Shown here: positions 29,191 to 38,704 of the stretch, piece after piece
Numbering within the stretch: the stretch's first letter is position 1
How the letters are laid out: every line of letters begins with the position of its first letter
NCBI GenBank assembly: GCA_902783255.1
Contig: CACZQB010000054.1
Span: 36,984-100,983 of the forward strand
Length of the DNA stretch: 64,000 bases
Source of the DNA: Oscillospiraceae bacterium
GTDB lineage: Bacteria > Bacillota > Clostridia > Oscillospirales > UBA644
Direction of reading: 5' to 3'
Translations under genes and position numbers: made by a program
Notes under the pieces: generated by a model
Databases searched by the model: none
Seen by the model: the letters and a program-made list of their open reading frames with translations, nothing else
Told to the model about the DNA's origin: nothing

Positions 29191-31361
29191 ATACTGATAT
29201 TGATTTTCTGCCTTCAGCAAAAGAGTTGTTTGATGCGATTGAAGACAGTACAAGAGAATATAATTTAAGACGAATTCATGAAGCTTATGATTTTGCTTAT
29301 CATGCTCATGAAAACCAGACAAGGAAATCAGGAGAACCATATATCGTACATCCGACTGCTGTCGCAAGAATTTTGCTGGATTTTGATTGTGATACCGATA
29401 CAATAATCGCAGCACTTTTTCATGATATAATAGAAGATACTCCATACACATACGATGATATTAAGAAAAAATTTGGAATAAATGTCGCTGAATTAGTAGA
29501 AGGCGTAACAAAACTTGATAAGATCAAATATTCTTCGCAGGAAGAGCAACAGCTTGAAACATTAAGAAAAATGCTGCTTGCTATGACTAAAGATATTCGT
29601 GTTATTCTTATTAAGCTGGCAGATAGACTGCATAATCTGAGAACTTTAGATTCAATGCCTGAGCCGAAGCAAAGAACAATAGCTCTTGAATCTATTGAGG
29701 TTTATGCTCCTCTTGCGCACAGGCTTGGTATTCAGAGCATCAAAACAGAAATTGAGGATATTGCTGTTCGTTATTTGGACCCGATTGGATATAATGAAAT
29801 AATTACTGAACTTGAAAAACTTGATACTGATAAAAACTTTTTTTCAAACATTAAAGAAATGATTGAAAAAAAGTTAAAAGAAGAAAATATCAAAGCGACT
29901 GTAGATGGACGTGTAAAACATATTTATTCAATATATCGTAAAATGTTTACACAAAACAAAGATTTTCATGAAATATATGACTTATATGCTTTTCGTGTTA
30001 TAGTTGAAAAAGTAAGCGACTGTTATAATGTTCTTGGCTATATCCATGACTTGTTCCAGGCAATACCGGGAAGATTAAAAGATTATATTGCAGTACCTAA
30101 GCCTAATATGTATCAATCGCTTCACACTACAGTAAGTTATAACGGTCATTTTTTTGAAGTGCAAATCAGAACAGAAGAAATGCATCGAATAGCGGAACTG
30201 GGAATTGCGGCACACTGGAAATATAAAAGCGGAGGTATATCAGATAGTTCTGCAGATGAAAAGCTTGCGTGGGTTCGTAAGCTTCTTGAAGTGCAGACAG
30301 ATGTTTCTGAAGCAGACGATTTCATGAAAACATTCAAGATAGACCTTTTTAGTGATCAGGTTTTTGTTTCAACTCCTAAGGGTGATATAATAAAGCTTCC
30401 CGCAGATTCCAATATCATAGATTTTGCCTATTCAATTCATAGTGAAGTAGGAAATAAGATGACAGGCGGAAAAATCAATGGCCGCATTTCGGAGTTGTCA
30501 ACCACCTTACATAATGGTGATGTCGTTGAAATTATAACATCACAGTCCTCTTCCGGTCCCTCAAGAGATTGGCTTAACATCGCTCAAACAAATGAAGCCA
30601 AAGCAAAAATACGTCAATGGTTTAAAAGGGAAAAACGTGATGAGAATATACTTGAAGGTAAAACAAATCTCGAGCGAGAACTGCGAAGGATTAATATTTA
30701 TACCGTAAACATAGATAAGAATACTTTCTTTTTACCTATAATGAGCCGATACGGCATGACCGATATCAATGACTTTTATGCAGCAATAGGTTATGGCGGA
30801 ATTTCCATTTCTAAAATCCTTCCAAAACTAAAAGAAGACTATATCAAGCTGCAAAAACAAAATGAAAAGCCCAAACTAATTGAAGTAAATACTAAAAGAA
30901 AATCAATTAACGGTGTCATCGTTGATGAGATTGATAATTGTCTTGTTCACCTTGCAGGATGTTGCTCTCCGCTCCCGGGTGATGATATAATAGGCTATAT
31001 TACCAGGGGAAACGGAGTTGCTATTCATAAGACAGATTGTGTTAATATGCAAAATGCAGATGGAAATAGACTCGTTCGAGTCCATTGGGATGGATCTCCG
31101 AGCAACTATTTTGCGACTACTGTTTGTGTTACTGCATTGCAGCGCATCGATCTAATTGCAGATATTACAATGGTACTTGCTTCCATGCGAATTATAATGC
31201 ACTCTATAAGAACTCATGAGCTTGGTGACGGTCGAATAGATGTGTATTTAAATATCGATGTTCTTGATCTTACACATCTGGACACAGTAATGAAAAGAAT
31301 TAACAAAATTGGGAATGTTATCAGCGTTGAAAGAGCACCGGAAAAAGGACAAAAAAAATGA
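29187..31361 (+). CDS. relA: Bifunctional (p)ppGpp synthetase/hydrolase (RelA/SpoT homologue)
   Basis: HD hydrolase motif (HDIIEDT), synthetase motif (DYIAVPKPNMYQSLHT), TGS and ACT regions. ATGA overlap with recJ. Confidence 0.95.
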   Translation: MNTDIDFLPSAKELFDAIEDSTREYNLRRIHEAYDFAYHAHENQTRKSGEPYIVHPTAVARILLDFDCDTDTIIAALFHDIIEDTPYTYDDIKKKFGINVAELVEGVTKLDKIKYSSQEEQQLETLRKMLLAMTKDIRVILIKLADRLHNLRTLDSMPEPKQRTIALESIEVYAPLAHRLGIQSIKTEIEDIAVRYLDPIGYNEIITELEKLDTDKNFFSNIKEMIEKKLKEENIKATVDGRVKHIYSIYRKMFTQNKDFHEIYDLYAFRVIVEKVSDCYNVLGYIHDLFQAIPGRLKDYIAVPKPNMYQSLHTTVSYNGHFFEVQIRTEEMHRIAELGIAAHWKYKSGGISDSSADEKLAWVRKLLEVQTDVSEADDFMKTFKIDLFSDQVFVSTPKGDIIKLPADSNIIDFAYSIHSEVGNKMTGGKINGRISELSTTLHNGDVVEIITSQSSSGPSRDWLNIAQTNEAKAKIRQWFKREKRDENILEGKTNLERELRRINIYTVNIDKNTFFLPIMSRYGMTDINDFYAAIGYGGISISKILPKLKEDYIKLQKQNEKPKLIEVNTKRKSINGVIVDEIDNCLVHLAGCCSPLPGDDIIGYITRGNGVAIHKTDCVNMQNADGNRLVRVHWDGSPSNYFATTVCVTALQRIDLIADITMVLASMRIIMHSIRTHELGDGRIDVYLNIDVLDLTHLDTVMKRINKIGNVISVERAPEKGQKK

Positions 31362-31801
31362 GAGCTATTATTCAGAGAGTTGATTCAGCAGATATTGAAA
31401 TAGATGATAACGGCACTAAAACAAAAGAATCGATAGGGAAGGGGATTGTTATTTTTCTAGGCATTTATTCTACAGATGACGAAAATAATCTTCATCTTCT
31501 TTCTGAGCGTTGCAAGGGGATAAGAATTTTTTCTGATGAGAACGGCAAAATGAACCTTTCTGTTAATGATATTGGTGGAGAAGCTTTGATAGTATCCAAT
31601 TTTACCTTATGTGCAGATACATCACACGGTAAAAGACCATCCTTTATAAATGCAGCGCATCCTGAGCAGGCAAAACCGCTCTACGATAAGTTTATATCTT
31701 CTTTTAAAGCACATACACCTGTTAAAACAGGCGTTTTCGGAGCTCATATGCAAATAAATCTCGTTAATAACGGACCAATAACGCTTGTTGTTGAAGGTTA
31801 A
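31358..31801 (+). CDS. dtd: D-aminoacyl-tRNA deacylase
   Basis: MRAIIQRV start, SNFTL and NNGPIT motifs; 147 aa. ATGA overlap with relA. Confidence 0.92.
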   Translation: MRAIIQRVDSADIEIDDNGTKTKESIGKGIVIFLGIYSTDDENNLHLLSERCKGIRIFSDENGKMNLSVNDIGGEALIVSNFTLCADTSHGKRPSFINAAHPEQAKPLYDKFISSFKAHTPVKTGVFGAHMQINLVNNGPITLVVEG

Positions 31802-31856
31802 TATGTAAAATGAATGTTTACGAGTATGAAGTATTATATTTTAATAAAACGGTTCT

Positions 31857-33236
31857 ATGATAATTAATTTGATTAATAATGATTTCAGATTCGATATTTC
31901 TAACATAGTTTTACTGTTTTTCCCTCGCATCGATACAAATGATGCTACAGACGGTAAAACACTCACCGTTTCACTGAATGAATCTTATGCAAATGCAACA
32001 TTATTGGACAACAATAAAGTATTTAATCATAAAGTGGAGATGGATTCGTCTCTTTATGAGTTCGAAAGATATGCTTGCGACAGAGCAGTTTTTGAAGTGT
32101 GCTTTGCAGATACAGGTTTAAGACCTCCCTGGGGTCTTCTTGTTGGTGTGCGACCCATAAATTTCTATACCAAATTGAAATCCATTTATGGTAATAAAAC
32201 CAACGAAATACTTGAGAAGTATTATCTTGTTTCTCCTGATAAAATCAAATTATGCTCTGATATTTTAAGCATCCGCCAACCATATCTTAACAAATTGAAA
32301 CAGAATTCTTTCAGTTTATATGTTTCGATTCCATTTTGTCCTTCCCGATGTAAATACTGTTCATTTGTTTCATTTTCAACTGAAAAAGAAACAAAATATA
32401 TTGATAAATATGTAGACATCCTCTGTGAAGAGATACAGAAAACATCCGTTCATTTGCGTGGACAATCACCGCTTACAATCTATATCGGAGGAGGAACTCC
32501 CAGTTGTATTCCTGATTATCTTTTTGAAAATGTTGTCAAATGCATTACAAATTCATATGACTTATCCGAATGCTTTGAATTCACAGTAGAAGCTGGAAGA
32601 CCGGAAACAGTTACTGAAAATAAACTTCAGATCATGAAACGCTACGGTGTTAATAGAATTTGCATTAATCCTCAGTCATTATCTGAAATTGTTTTAAATT
32701 TTGCCGGAAGAAAACACTCCATTGATGACTTTTTCAATGCTTACGCTCTTGCCTCTGATTACGAGTTCGATATCAATGTTGATTTAATCGCAGGATTACC
32801 TTTTGAAACAAAAGAATCTTTTATTGATGGCCTGCTCAAAATTATCAGATTATCACCATCTAATATAACTATTCACTCTTTATATATAAAAAGGGCTGCT
32901 GATTACGGCGCAGATGCCTCCATTTACTCTAATACAAATCCTGAAGTTGTGTCTGAAATGCTTCATTCAGCATATAAAATTCTCGAACTAAGCGATTATT
33001 TCCCATATTATTTGTATAGGCAAAAAAATACAATCGGAAATCATGAAAACATAGGTTTTGCTAAAAAAGACAAAGCATGCGCATATAATATTTATATGAT
33101 GGATGAACTGCAAACAATATACGGTTGTGGAGCAAACGCAATGACAAAATTAGTAGAAGATGGTCATATCACTCGATCATGCGGGACTAAATATGCGTAT
33201 AATTATATAAATAAAAACGGAGAAAAAAATAAATGA
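31857..33236 (+). CDS. HemN/HemZ-like radical SAM protein (oxygen-independent coproporphyrinogen-III oxidase family)
   Basis: CxxxCxxC radical SAM motif (IPFCPSRCKYCSF) and GGGTPS motif; about 460 aa. Confidence 0.8.
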   Translation: MIINLINNDFRFDISNIVLLFFPRIDTNDATDGKTLTVSLNESYANATLLDNNKVFNHKVEMDSSLYEFERYACDRAVFEVCFADTGLRPPWGLLVGVRPINFYTKLKSIYGNKTNEILEKYYLVSPDKIKLCSDILSIRQPYLNKLKQNSFSLYVSIPFCPSRCKYCSFVSFSTEKETKYIDKYVDILCEEIQKTSVHLRGQSPLTIYIGGGTPSCIPDYLFENVVKCITNSYDLSECFEFTVEAGRPETVTENKLQIMKRYGVNRICINPQSLSEIVLNFAGRKHSIDDFFNAYALASDYEFDINVDLIAGLPFETKESFIDGLLKIIRLSPSNITIHSLYIKRAADYGADASIYSNTNPEVVSEMLHSAYKILELSDYFPYYLYRQKNTIGNHENIGFAKKDKACAYNIYMMDELQTIYGCGANAMTKLVEDGHITRSCGTKYAYNYINKNGEKNK

Positions 33237-34171
33237 AAAGGCGCAGATCATCTTTTAATGTAATAACTGTAGCTCAAAAACTAATCGAAAATCCTGATAA
33301 AGAAATTTCCAGCGCAGAAAAGTACTATTTTTCGCAATTAAAAAAAGTTGCTAACTCATTGGGACATCGTAGAATAATCCTCATATCAGGACCGTCAGCA
33401 TCAGGAAAAACAACTTCCGCAAACAAAATACGTGAGAAAATCCGATCTCATGGAAAAAAGTGTGAAGTTGTATCTTTAGATGATTTTTACCACAATAGGG
33501 AGCACCTGCCAATAGTCGATGGCAAACCGAACGCAGAAATTGTTGATGCTTTGTCTGTATCACTTATACATAGAACAATGGAAAACCTTATTAACGAGGG
33601 TCACTCTATGATGCCAAAGTACGATTTTACTTTGGGAAAACGCACAAATGATGCCGCATTTATTGATATAGGTTCTGATGGCATCGTTATTTTTGAAGGA
33701 ATTCATGCGTTAAATCCCAAAATCATCAGAGGTCTCGACCCTGAAAATGTGCTTAAAATCTATGTAAGCCCACACAGTGACTTTAATCTAAATGGTGTAC
33801 AAGTTCTTTCAAAACGAGAAGTTAGGTTTATTAGACGACTTATTAGGGATAGCTGGGCACGTAACACTGCCCCTGAGGCTACTATGTGTATGTGGCCGAC
33901 AGTATGCGAGGGTGAAGACAGATTAATACGCCCATTTGCAGAATATGCAGAAATGTATATTAACACAACTCACGCATATGAACCTTTCTTATTAAAAAAT
34001 AAAGCAATTTTGCTTCTTCAACAAATTGGTAATGATAGTATACATATTCAAACTGCATCACAGTACATTGCAAAATTGAAGTCTTTTCCTTCAATTCCAA
34101 ACTTGCATCTCCCGGAAACCTCTCTTCTCAGAGAATTTCTGAATTTTCAAGAAACTGCTGATGAAAAATAA
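33233..34171 (+). CDS. Uridine kinase / phosphoribulokinase-family nucleoside kinase
   Basis: P-loop ISGPSASGKTT and DDFY motif. ATGA overlap with the upstream gene. Confidence 0.7.
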   Translation: MKRRRSSFNVITVAQKLIENPDKEISSAEKYYFSQLKKVANSLGHRRIILISGPSASGKTTSANKIREKIRSHGKKCEVVSLDDFYHNREHLPIVDGKPNAEIVDALSVSLIHRTMENLINEGHSMMPKYDFTLGKRTNDAAFIDIGSDGIVIFEGIHALNPKIIRGLDPENVLKIYVSPHSDFNLNGVQVLSKREVRFIRRLIRDSWARNTAPEATMCMWPTVCEGEDRLIRPFAEYAEMYINTTHAYEPFLLKNKAILLLQQIGNDSIHIQTASQYIAKLKSFPSIPNLHLPETSLLREFLNFQETADEK

Positions 34172-34233
34172 TCATAAGCTATTATTGCTCCAAACTTGTC
34201 ACAAATAATTTTGCTTTTTAAGATAAAAATTGC

Positions 34234-34262
34234 TTGACAACGCCAATTTCTTCGTGTATAAT
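34234..34262 (+). promoter_or_regulatory. Consensus sigma-A promoter for rpsU
   Basis: TTGACA (34234-34239), 17-nt spacer, TATAAT (34257-34262). Confidence 0.5.
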
Positions 34263-34316
34263 AATAAAGGAAAATTAAGGCGCACTTTTTTAACCGATGG
34301 AGGGGAGGGAAACAAT

Positions 34317-34493
34317 ATGTCAGAAATCAAGCTTAAAGAGAATGAATCTTTAGATAATGCGCTCCGTCGTTTTAAGAGACAGTGTCAAAAAGCAGGCGTA
34401 ATTTCCGAGCTTAGAAAACGTGAATTTTACGAAAAGCCTTCTGTAAAACGTAAGAAAAAATCTGAGGCGGCAAGAAAACGCAAATACAAATAA
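34317..34493 (+). CDS. rpsU: 30S ribosomal protein S21
   Basis: [28 protein letters not shown]...[15 protein letters not shown]; 58 aa. GGAGGGGAGGG RBS lies just upstream of ATG 34317. The longer track ORF from 34230 would start inside the promoter. Confidence 0.92.
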   Translation: MSEIKLKENESLDNALRRFKRQCQKAGVISELRKREFYEKPSVKRKKKSEAARKRKYK

Positions 34494-34505
34494 TTAACCA
34501 TAAGC

Positions 34506-34543
34506 AAGAAATGCCGGTTTTTCTTCGGCATTTCTTTGTTTTT
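34506..34543 (+). terminator. Rho-independent terminator after rpsU
   Basis: 11-bp perfect stem aagaaatgccg (34506-34516) pairs with cggcatttctt (34526-34536), followed by a T-rich tail. Confidence 0.7.
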
Positions 34544-34556
34544 AAATAAATATGCT

Positions 34557-35039
34557 ATGAAAGTAACTAATACTAAATTTTTGCGTGCGTTCAATTCATA
34601 TAAAGATATTACACCCGAAATAATCAAACAATTTCATATCAATGGGATTCTTATTGATCTTGACGACACTCTGGTGCCTCATAATTATCCTGTTCCTGAT
34701 GAAAGTGTTAAATTATGGCTTGAAATAATAAATAAAGAGGGGATTCCTGTTTGCATTATTTCAAATAATCAAAAAAAGCGCATGATGAGCTTTATAAAAG
34801 ATTTGAATGTCGGGTATTTTTATAATTCATTCAAACCTCGAACACATGTAATAGATTTAGCTTTAGGTGTAATGAATATAAGAAGGGATGAGGCTGTTTT
34901 GATAGGTGATCAGTTGTTTACAGATATTCTTGCAGCCAATAAATCAGGAATTAAGGCCTTTCTTGTAAAACCTATAGGAAATAAAAGTACTCTTTTTATA
35001 AAGTTAAAAAGATTTATTGAAAGGAAGATATTGAAATGA
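34557..35039 (+). CDS. yqeG: YqeG-family HAD-superfamily phosphatase
   Basis: DxDxT motif (LIDLDDTLV), SNN and GDQLFTDI motifs. ATG 34557 preferred because the track TTG 34536 lies inside the rpsU terminator. Confidence 0.78.
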   Translation: MKVTNTKFLRAFNSYKDITPEIIKQFHINGILIDLDDTLVPHNYPVPDESVKLWLEIINKEGIPVCIISNNQKKRMMSFIKDLNVGYFYNSFKPRTHVIDLALGVMNIRRDEAVLIGDQLFTDILAANKSGIKAFLVKPIGNKSTLFIKLKRFIERKILK

Positions 35040-36115
35040 ATAAAATTGAAAAGCTTTCTGCAAAACTTGATAAGAATGAAGCAATAATATTGATTAAACC
35101 AGAAAACAGAAGATATTTTACCGGCATGACAACATCGAATGGATTGTTGCTCGTTACATCTGAACAAGCATGGTTTTTTACAGATTTCAGATATATAATA
35201 GCAGCTAAATCAATTGTTGCAAAACCGATAATTGTATCGTTGTTTGAAGGGACTCATGCAGCAACTGTTAAGAAAACGCTTCATTCTTTATCCGAAAAAA
35301 TAAAACGTATATATTTCGAAGATACATATTTAAGCTTTGCAGCCGCAAAAGCTTTTATGGAAGAAATGAATGATATTGAATTTGTTGCTGGTGAAGCTTT
35401 AGTTTCGATTTTAAGAAGAGAAAAATCACAGGATGAAATTAATTTGATTTCAAAAGCACAAAGTATAACGGACGCTTCATTTGCCGACATTCTTGACTTT
35501 ATTTTTACTAATAAAAATAGGGGAATTACAGAAAAAGATATCGCATTTGAACTTGAATTCAATATGAGAAGACGCGGCGCAGAATCTCTTGCATTCGATA
35601 CAATTATCGCTTCAGGAACAAATGGTGCGTACTGTCATGCAGTTCCCTCCGATAAACAGATCAAATCCGGTGAATTCATTACGATGGATTTTGGCGCATG
35701 TTACGGCGGGTACATGAGTGACATGACACGAACAGTTGCTATTGGCGATATTTCCGAAGACAAAGAAAAAATATATGATATTGTTCTAAATGCACAACTA
35801 AATGCAATAAATAATATTAAGGCAGGCTTAACAGGTACACAATGCGATGCTTTTGCTCGTGATTATATTTCAAATGAAGGATATGGTGATGCGTTCGGAC
35901 ATTCTCTTGGACATGGCGTTGGACTTGAAATTCATGAGGGCCCCAATTTTGCTAAATCTTTTACAGGTATAATCAATTCAAATGCAGTAATGTCTGTTGA
36001 ACCAGGAATATATCTTGAAAACAATTGCGGTGTCAGAATTGAAGACCTTGTTGTAGTGAAAGAAGCAGGAGTTGAAGTATTAACAAAAAGTCCGAAGCAG
36101 TTAATCAAACTATAA
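35036..36115 (+). CDS. M24-family Xaa-Pro aminopeptidase/dipeptidase
   Basis: Metal-ligand motifs DFGACYGGYMSDMTRT, HSLGHGVGLEIHE and VEPGIY...GVRIED. Confidence 0.88.
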   Translation: MNKIEKLSAKLDKNEAIILIKPENRRYFTGMTTSNGLLLVTSEQAWFFTDFRYIIAAKSIVAKPIIVSLFEGTHAATVKKTLHSLSEKIKRIYFEDTYLSFAAAKAFMEEMNDIEFVAGEALVSILRREKSQDEINLISKAQSITDASFADILDFIFTNKNRGITEKDIAFELEFNMRRRGAESLAFDTIIASGTNGAYCHAVPSDKQIKSGEFITMDFGACYGGYMSDMTRTVAIGDISEDKEKIYDIVLNAQLNAINNIKAGLTGTQCDAFARDYISNEGYGDAFGHSLGHGVGLEIHEGPNFAKSFTGIINSNAVMSVEPGIYLENNCGVRIEDLVVVKEAGVEVLTKSPKQLIKL

Positions 36116-36130
36116 AAAGGAGTCAAAACG

Positions 36131-37201
36131 TTGAATAAAATCAATATTGCGATTATAGGCTGTGGAACGATCTGTAACTCTGCGCATGCTCCGAATTATC
36201 GACAAAATAATAACGTATGTGTTAAATACTTGGTAGATACTATACCTAATAAAGCAAGTGCAGTGAAAGAAAAGTTCAATTTCAGCAATGCAGAAGTGAG
36301 AGATGATTATAAATCAATTTTAGCTGATAAGTCCCTAAATGCCGTATCAGTTTGCTTGCCCAATTATCTGCATAGTCAGGTTTCGTGTGAGTGCATGGCT
36401 GCGGGCCTAGACGTCCTTTGCGAAAAGCCGATTGCAACATCTTATTCCGATGCGAAAACTATGCAGGATACGGCAAACAGATATAATAAAATTTTAAATA
36501 TCGGCGTTGTGAATCGTTTTGATGTGTATGTCAATGAATTAAAGAATGTCATCGCAAGCGGTAGGCTTGGTGAGGTATACCACGTTTACTGTTCATTCAG
36601 AAATCACAGAAGTATACCGGGAATGGGTGGATGGTTTACAACAAAAAAAATGTCCGGTGGGGGAGTTCTGATTGACTGGGGCATTCATTTTATTGATTTA
36701 ATAATGTATGTCCTTAATAATCCTGATATCAATACAGTTACAGGGAATGTGTATTGTGAACTAGGAAAAAACATGCGTGAATATGTATTTGAAAATATGT
36801 GGGCAGGACCTCCTAATTATGACGGAATCTATGATGTGGATGATTATGTTACAGCATTAATCAGAACGTCTGGCCCAACAATTTCAATAAACGGCGCATG
36901 GGCGCAGAATATACTGAATGACGATATGACGATTGAGTTTCTTGGCTCAAAAGGTGGTGTAAAATTAAGATATAGACAAGATTTTGATTTAACAGTATCC
37001 GAAAATGGAAAAATCGAAACAATAACCCCTCAATTAGAACCTAAAGATGCATTTACGGAAGAAATCAATTCGTTTATCGATTGTGTGATTACAAAGAAGA
37101 AATCAAGAGCAAATATAGACAACGTTATAAAATCGCAGCTTATTATGGATGCTATTTATGATTCTTCGCGTCTTAAAAAAGAAGTGAAATTATTTGATTG
37201 A
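36131..37201 (+). CDS. Gfo/Idh/MocA-family oxidoreductase (second copy)
   Basis: INIAIIGCGTICNSAH Rossmann motif and the CEKPIA motif. TTG start with AAAGGAG upstream. Confidence 0.82.
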   Translation: MNKINIAIIGCGTICNSAHAPNYRQNNNVCVKYLVDTIPNKASAVKEKFNFSNAEVRDDYKSILADKSLNAVSVCLPNYLHSQVSCECMAAGLDVLCEKPIATSYSDAKTMQDTANRYNKILNIGVVNRFDVYVNELKNVIASGRLGEVYHVYCSFRNHRSIPGMGGWFTTKKMSGGGVLIDWGIHFIDLIMYVLNNPDINTVTGNVYCELGKNMREYVFENMWAGPPNYDGIYDVDDYVTALIRTSGPTISINGAWAQNILNDDMTIEFLGSKGGVKLRYRQDFDLTVSENGKIETITPQLEPKDAFTEEINSFIDCVITKKKSRANIDNVIKSQLIMDAIYDSSRLKKEVKLFD

Positions 37202-37219
37202 CTTAATAAAAAATGACAC

Positions 37220-37248
37220 CAGGCTCAAAACAAATGTTTTTGAGCCTG
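37220..37248. terminator. Hairpin between convergent genes (better T-tail on the minus strand)
   Basis: 11-bp perfect stem caggctcaaaa (37220-37230) pairs with ttttgagcctg (38-48 of the same line, i.e. 37238-37248). There is an A6 run upstream on the plus strand, which is a T-tract for minus-strand transcripts. Confidence 0.5.
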
Positions 37249-37366
37249 TAAAAATAGCATATTTAATCGTGTTAAGCTTCGGTTGTGTTATAAGAATCTT
37301 TGAGTATTTGAAAAAAATTTATATTGCACAGAGGGGTGTATTCTTCTGCTTTATTCTTATAGTTAG

Positions 37367-38401
37367 TCACTTTTGATTATAATATAATTGTATCGCATTC
37401 TCAAATGCACATCGATATGAATCAATGCGATTGACGTCAGGTTTCCATACTGACCTTACTGTAAAATCTGTTGAAAAAAGTGGTTTGCCATCCAGATAAG
37501 CATCAGAAATTTGTTGATTTCCTGTATTATATGCTTTCATAAATGAACGTGACTCATTTTCAGTCATCAGAGACATATCTAATGGATCTGGATTTTCTTG
37601 TGAAAGTTTACAAGCAAGCGGTAATATTATTCTTTGATATTCATAACTTTCATAAGGTATTGTACCCAATGACCTTATAGCTTCTGTAACATCAAATGTC
37701 AGGGACATGTTTTCTTCCTTTTTAGGAACTATATAGCTTGAGCTCCAAGGAATATTAACAGCAGTGCAAAAATCATGGAATATGTCTCTTTCTATAAAAG
37801 CTTTTCGATCGTAACGTCGTACTACTATATTTACGCTGTTTCTGAATACTTCTTTAATTTCCATAATAATATTTGAATAATCCATAGATGACCTTGATGA
37901 ATTAAGGGCACACCAGTCTTTAAAAGATTTATCCAGGCCGTTTTTTACATTTTCTTTCCAGCGTGAAACAGCCCAATTATCTTGTCGTCGAAGATATATA
38001 ACAATTGTACTTCTATGGGCTCCTATGTTATCGAGAAACCGTGCGAGTTCTTGCCAGTATGTGGATTTAGGCCACCATGATCCACCCAATGAAAGATTTT
38101 CTTCGCTTATTAATACTCTTTTTTGAGAATGTAATGCATCTGCAAGCATTGTAATATTTTTTTCTAAATCTTTTACTCTTGAGTTTGGATCCTCGTTATG
38201 AACAAGTGCTTTAAGATATTTAAATAAAAAAGATCCGTTACGTAGGGTAGGGACAGCAAGTTGTTGAGTAAAAGCAGGGTAATCAATTCCAGCCTCATTC
38301 AAATTTTTTTTATTATCAATAAAAAAACGTTGAAGCGAAGTTGTACCGGTCTTCGGTAAACCGATATGCAAAATTAAATTATTGTCCATGAAAATAACCA
38401 T
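37367..38401 (-). CDS. Sulfotransferase-like P-loop protein (tentative)
   Basis: N-terminal HIGLPKTGTTSLQ resembles the 5'-phosphosulfate-binding loop (PKxGTT) of PAPS-dependent sulfotransferases, and IYLRRQDNWAVSRW resembles the 3'-phosphate-binding RxxD..S region. No other recognisable domain. The start could be 38401 or 38389; there is no clear SD. Confidence 0.5.
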   Translation of the reverse strand: MVIFMDNNLILHIGLPKTGTTSLQRFFIDNKKNLNEAGIDYPAFTQQLAVPTLRNGSFLFKYLKALVHNEDPNSRVKDLEKNITMLADALHSQKRVLISEENLSLGGSWWPKSTYWQELARFLDNIGAHRSTIVIYLRRQDNWAVSRWKENVKNGLDKSFKDWCALNSSRSSMDYSNIIMEIKEVFRNSVNIVVRRYDRKAFIERDIFHDFCTAVNIPWSSSYIVPKKEENMSLTFDVTEAIRSLGTIPYESYEYQRIILPLACKLSQENPDPLDMSLMTENESRSFMKAYNTGNQQISDAYLDGKPLFSTDFTVRSVWKPDVNRIDSYRCAFENAIQLYYNQK

Positions 38402-38425
38402 TCTAATATATTTAAAATCTAAAAA

Positions 38426-38454
38426 ATTATAACATTTTATCTATTATATGTCAA
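38426..38454 (-). promoter_or_regulatory. Consensus sigma-A promoter for the sulfotransferase-like gene
   Basis: On the minus strand: TTGACA (38454-38449), 17-nt spacer ending TGt, TATAAT (38431-38426). Confidence 0.45.
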
Positions 38455-38464
38455 TGTATCAATA

Positions 38465-38493
38465 TTGACAAAATGATAAAAATATGATAAAAT
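38465..38493 (+). promoter_or_regulatory. Sigma-A promoter for tRNA-Leu
   Basis: TTGACA (38465-38470), 17-nt spacer ending TGa, TAAAAT (38488-38493). The mature tRNA 5' end at 38502 is only about 8 nt downstream. Confidence 0.55.
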
Positions 38494-38501
38494 AAAAATA
38501 T

Positions 38502-38584
38502 GCGGGCGTGGCGGAATGGCAGACGCGTTAGATTTAGGATCTAATGTTTATAACGTGCAGGTTCAAGTCCTGTCGCCCGCACCA
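38502..38584 (+). tRNA. tRNA-Leu (anticodon UAG), CCA encoded
   Basis: Acceptor stem gcgggcg/cgcccgc, D arm gcggaatggcagacgc, anticodon stem-loop ttaga-ttTAGga-tctaa, long variable arm (type II), T arm ggttcaagtcc, and 3' acca. Confidence 0.92.
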
Positions 38585-38663
38585 TAACAAAATTAATAAT
38601 TAACAAAAATCTGATTTTTACGAACAATTCTTTTTTGTATTTTTAAAATAATGATATGACATT

Positions 38664-38691
38664 AGGGGAGTTAAATGTAATTAACTTCCTA
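38664..38691. other. Candidate tyrosine-recombinase core site (dif-like 11-6-11 dyad)
   Basis: AGGGGAGTTAA-ATGTAA-TTAACTTCCTA: the arms match 8/11 as inverted repeats, and the inner hexamers AGTTAA/TTAACT are perfect. It lies 83 nt upstream of the recombinase ATG. Function is not demonstrated. Confidence 0.3.
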
Positions 38692-38704
38692 ATTTGTATA
38701 AATA

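Noticed and set aside
37194-37376. 60-aa hydrophobic ORF in the gap between the oxidoreductase and the sulfotransferase-like gene.
   Set aside because: It starts inside the upstream stop region, runs through the 11-bp terminator hairpin, and has no RBS.
38621-38630. CGAACAATTC resembles half of a Firmicute LexA (Cheo) box upstream of the recombinase.
   Set aside because: The second half-site (GTTCG-like) is absent at the required spacing. It fits better as a weak -35-like element (cGAACA-17-TAAAAT).
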